Of a stretch of DNA of 64,000 nucleotides, positions 61,388 to 64,000 are shown one piece after another (positions within the stretch are counted from its first letter, which is position 1; the number at the start of each line of letters is the position of its first letter). The position numbers and the translations under genes were made by a program. The stretch covers positions 3,891,957-3,955,956 of the forward strand of contig CM082591.2 in the NCBI GenBank assembly GCA_040954595.2, in the 5' to 3' direction. The notes beneath the pieces were generated by a model. It was not told where the DNA came from, ran no database searches, and saw only the letters and a list, made by a program, of their open reading frames with translations. The stretch is from Balanoglossus misakiensis (lineage: Eukaryota > Animalia > Hemichordata).

Positions 61388-62713
61388 ATGCCCAGAAAGA
61401 GAAAGAAGTGTCACAAGTTAAAACAATCTCTTGATTTTCTTGAGAGTCCTCGGAATGTACAAACGTCCTATCCATCCCCAGTTTTCGCGGCACGAAATCC
61501 ACCAACTGCCGAGACCAAGGCTTTGCTGGAGGACGATGTTTCAGTCACTTGGGTACGTACTTTCAGTGCGAGAAAAATCCATCAGTTTAATCTGAGTCAC
61601 CAGTGTTGCATCAGAGGAGTTAGGTACTTGAGCAACGAGGGTAACTTTTACTGATAAAGTATCGTAACTTGCACTTTAATTCATAATTGTTTACTTCAAG
61701 TATTGTTTCCCCCCCCCCCCCCCCCCCACTGTCTACAGGTATCTCCTCAGTTTTGCAGCACAACTTCAACGCAGCCAAAACTAAGAAGACGAGGCCGAAG
61801 ACACACGGCAGCTGCAAGTTACAAAAGTCAGACATCAGTTTACCAAACAAGGTCCAGAAATAACTCCGGCAGCAAAACCTCGAAGGTGGTCTCTGGCAAA
61901 TATCGCCCCCTGGAGTTCTTTTGTGACCGAAAAACTGATGAGGCTCCCAGCGAAGATGAGAACATAACCTTCGACCCAGAGGATGACACTAACACAGAAG
62001 TTCTGGATGTTTTAGGACAGATCCATGACATTGAGGATGAGAATTTTGCATCAGTCAGAGAGCATGGAACTCGAAGTCCAGTTTTTGACAGACCGGCACG
62101 GCGTAGGAAGCAGTTCACGCAACTCAGAGAAAATTCTGCGTCGCCAAATGATCATACAGCACCTAGTCTTAATTGCCAGTACCCTACACCTGAACAAGTC
62201 AACTCATTAGTAGTCGGAGAAGAATATGAGCGGACTGGTCCGGAAGGAGAGTGTGCTACCACGAGTGCGAGCCACCGTCGGAATTTTTCCGAAATGGGTG
62301 AAATCGGTGCAGTTTGTCAGCCACGTACAGGACAAGAGAGTGTCGATATAACACCAATTAACTTTTTCAGTGGCCGGAGATCGTTACACAAACATGAGAC
62401 TCTCTTCACCAGACAGTCAAATAACAGACTACCGCTGCAGCACTCAACACCGAGGAGGCAGTCGCAAAGACTCCTCGAAAAAAAATCTCAAAAATTAGCA
62501 TTTGACGGTGGCGGTATTGGTTCGCCAACTTTCTGCACACCAACACGGGATGCAAAGCTCCGGTTTGAAAACGTGCGCACCCCAAACAGAACGATACGCA
62601 TTCTTGTGGATGACACGCCCGAAATCGACTACAGCTTGCCAACCAGCCTCAGACGGCGACGTGAATTACTGCCTAAAAAGGCCTGGCTTCAACTGTTGAA
62701 CAGCCTACACTAG
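61388..62713 (+). CDS. RHNO1: RAD9-HUS1-RAD1 interacting nuclear orphan protein (RHINO), 2 coding exons, 379 aa
   Basis: Exons 61388-61552 and 61739-62713. MPRKRKK...LDFLESP...VTW|VSPQF (cf. human SWVSPDF), KYRPLEF (KYxxL+ motif; cf. KFPHLTF), C-terminal ILVDDTPEIDYSLPTSLRRRRELL (cf. VLVKDTPEDKYGIKVTWRRRQHLL). Confidence 0.85.
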
Positions 62714-63099
62714 GGAAAATCATGAGAGAAAACTTATGAAATTCATGTATTAGAATTTATGAACAGAATTAATAGAGTATTTATTTATCTAGCAACAAAG
62801 ACAGAAATTTATTCTAAGTATCAAGGTTTCACCAAATTGCATGATTACAGATTTAAAATCTCTTCAGAAGTAGATTTGGTCTAAAACTTGATACCCAGAG
62901 ATCATGCAGAAAAGTTAACATTTTATAATTTGAAATTTATTTACGTCTTCTTAGTATTATTTGCAATAAAAAAATTCAAGATACTATTATTGCTTATATC
63001 TTTTTTGTGTGGAGAATTTCAGTTTGCCTGGATGGGGTGACAGAGAGATTAATTTTGTGTGTGTGTGTATGTGACACAAAAATACAAACAAATCACGGT

Positions 63100-64000
63100 T
63101 CACTATAAGCGAAGACTTTTATTACACCATTTATGTACAAGAAAGTAAGCAACAGTGAAATCTTCAAGAACAGACAGCACAAGTCCCAGTACCTAAAATA
63201 GATTTTAGCATGACATCATTGAAAAACTATTTAAGGCAACAGTTTCTGACTATTACTAGTATATACATTTACATTGCACAAATTTAACTTTACAAGACGG
63301 ACGTATATTTTTTTCGTATAGTGTGCGTGAGGGAAAGAGAGAGGTGGTCTTTCTCTCAACTCTAGAATTTTCTGTATTTTACAAAACCATAAATATCGAC
63401 AGTATAGATAATGTCAAGGATGCAGTGTACTGGTTGACCAAAAGAGCGGACAGATAATATAATGCTGAAACCGGGGATGTGCTTTTATAGGATGCAATGA
63501 TGAACCCCCGAACCGCGGGGACTGTGATCAAAAGTGGTATCCTCGCACTGACCCCCCCCCCCCTTCTTGAAAGTGAAAACATCCTAATTTTCCGTTTTGT
63601 GGCAGTTTTTGGCATTGTATTCCAACTGGAACGATGCATGTCTTCCTAGCTACGCAAAGCCAGCGTTCCCACAACAGGTATCTTGAATATCTTGTGACTA
63701 GAAAATACTGAAACAGTATGAGTTTAGCAACGTGGGCATTTCAATATGTCCTCGCTGTTTTAACCCAACAGAAAATTTCCTGAAAGTTTTCTTGATGGAT
63801 TTTTTTTTACAAAGCCAGGTGGCGTACACGCGAGCCATAAATTAATTACTTGTGCGTGAAGGAAATTCGAGCACCAAACATCTGGCACTAATTTCATCAT
63901 CAAATGATCCCTGCCAAGAATCAATGTTTTTTTAAGAGTTTCCACTATTTTCATAAAGGTGGAATAATACAAGAAAAGGTTTTCATGTGGGGTTGTTTTT
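63100..64000 (-). other. Probable 3' UTR of a convergent minus-strand gene outside the window
   Basis: AATAAA on the minus strand at about 63118-63123; AT-rich with no credible ORF. Confidence 0.35.

Noticed and set aside
1-64000. Prokaryote-type systems (CRISPR arrays, operons, defence islands), tRNA and rRNA genes
   Set aside because: The sequence is spliced eukaryotic DNA; no repeat-spacer arrays or recognisable structural RNA genes were seen.

Overview
Intron-rich eukaryotic (animal) genomic DNA. It is most consistent with an invertebrate deuterostome such as a hemichordate; this is inferred from vertebrate-like IREs and gene structures, not proven. Spliced gene models were read by eye. 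In order: first exon of an unidentified minus-strand gene; a ferritin cluster (one signal-peptide 5-exon ferritin, two cytosolic H-type ferritins with 5' IREs); CPSF6 (-) with a probable 3'-UTR intron and very long 3' UTR; two tandem intronless TRIM RING-Bbox-CC-filamin-NHL genes whose differences concentrate on NHL loops; two tandem arylsulfatase B-like genes (-); a fourth, inverted ferritin with a canonical IRE; a SERGEF(-)/NFYA(+) head-to-head pair; and a FOXM1(-)/RHNO1(+) head-to-head pair matching the human arrangement. Several MITE families and microsatellites are interspersed. Best leads: the ferritin paralogs with graded IREs plus a secreted form, diversifying TRIM-NHL paralogs, the FOXM1-RHNO1 bidirectional pair, and a MITE carrying an octamer-RFX-CCAAT module.
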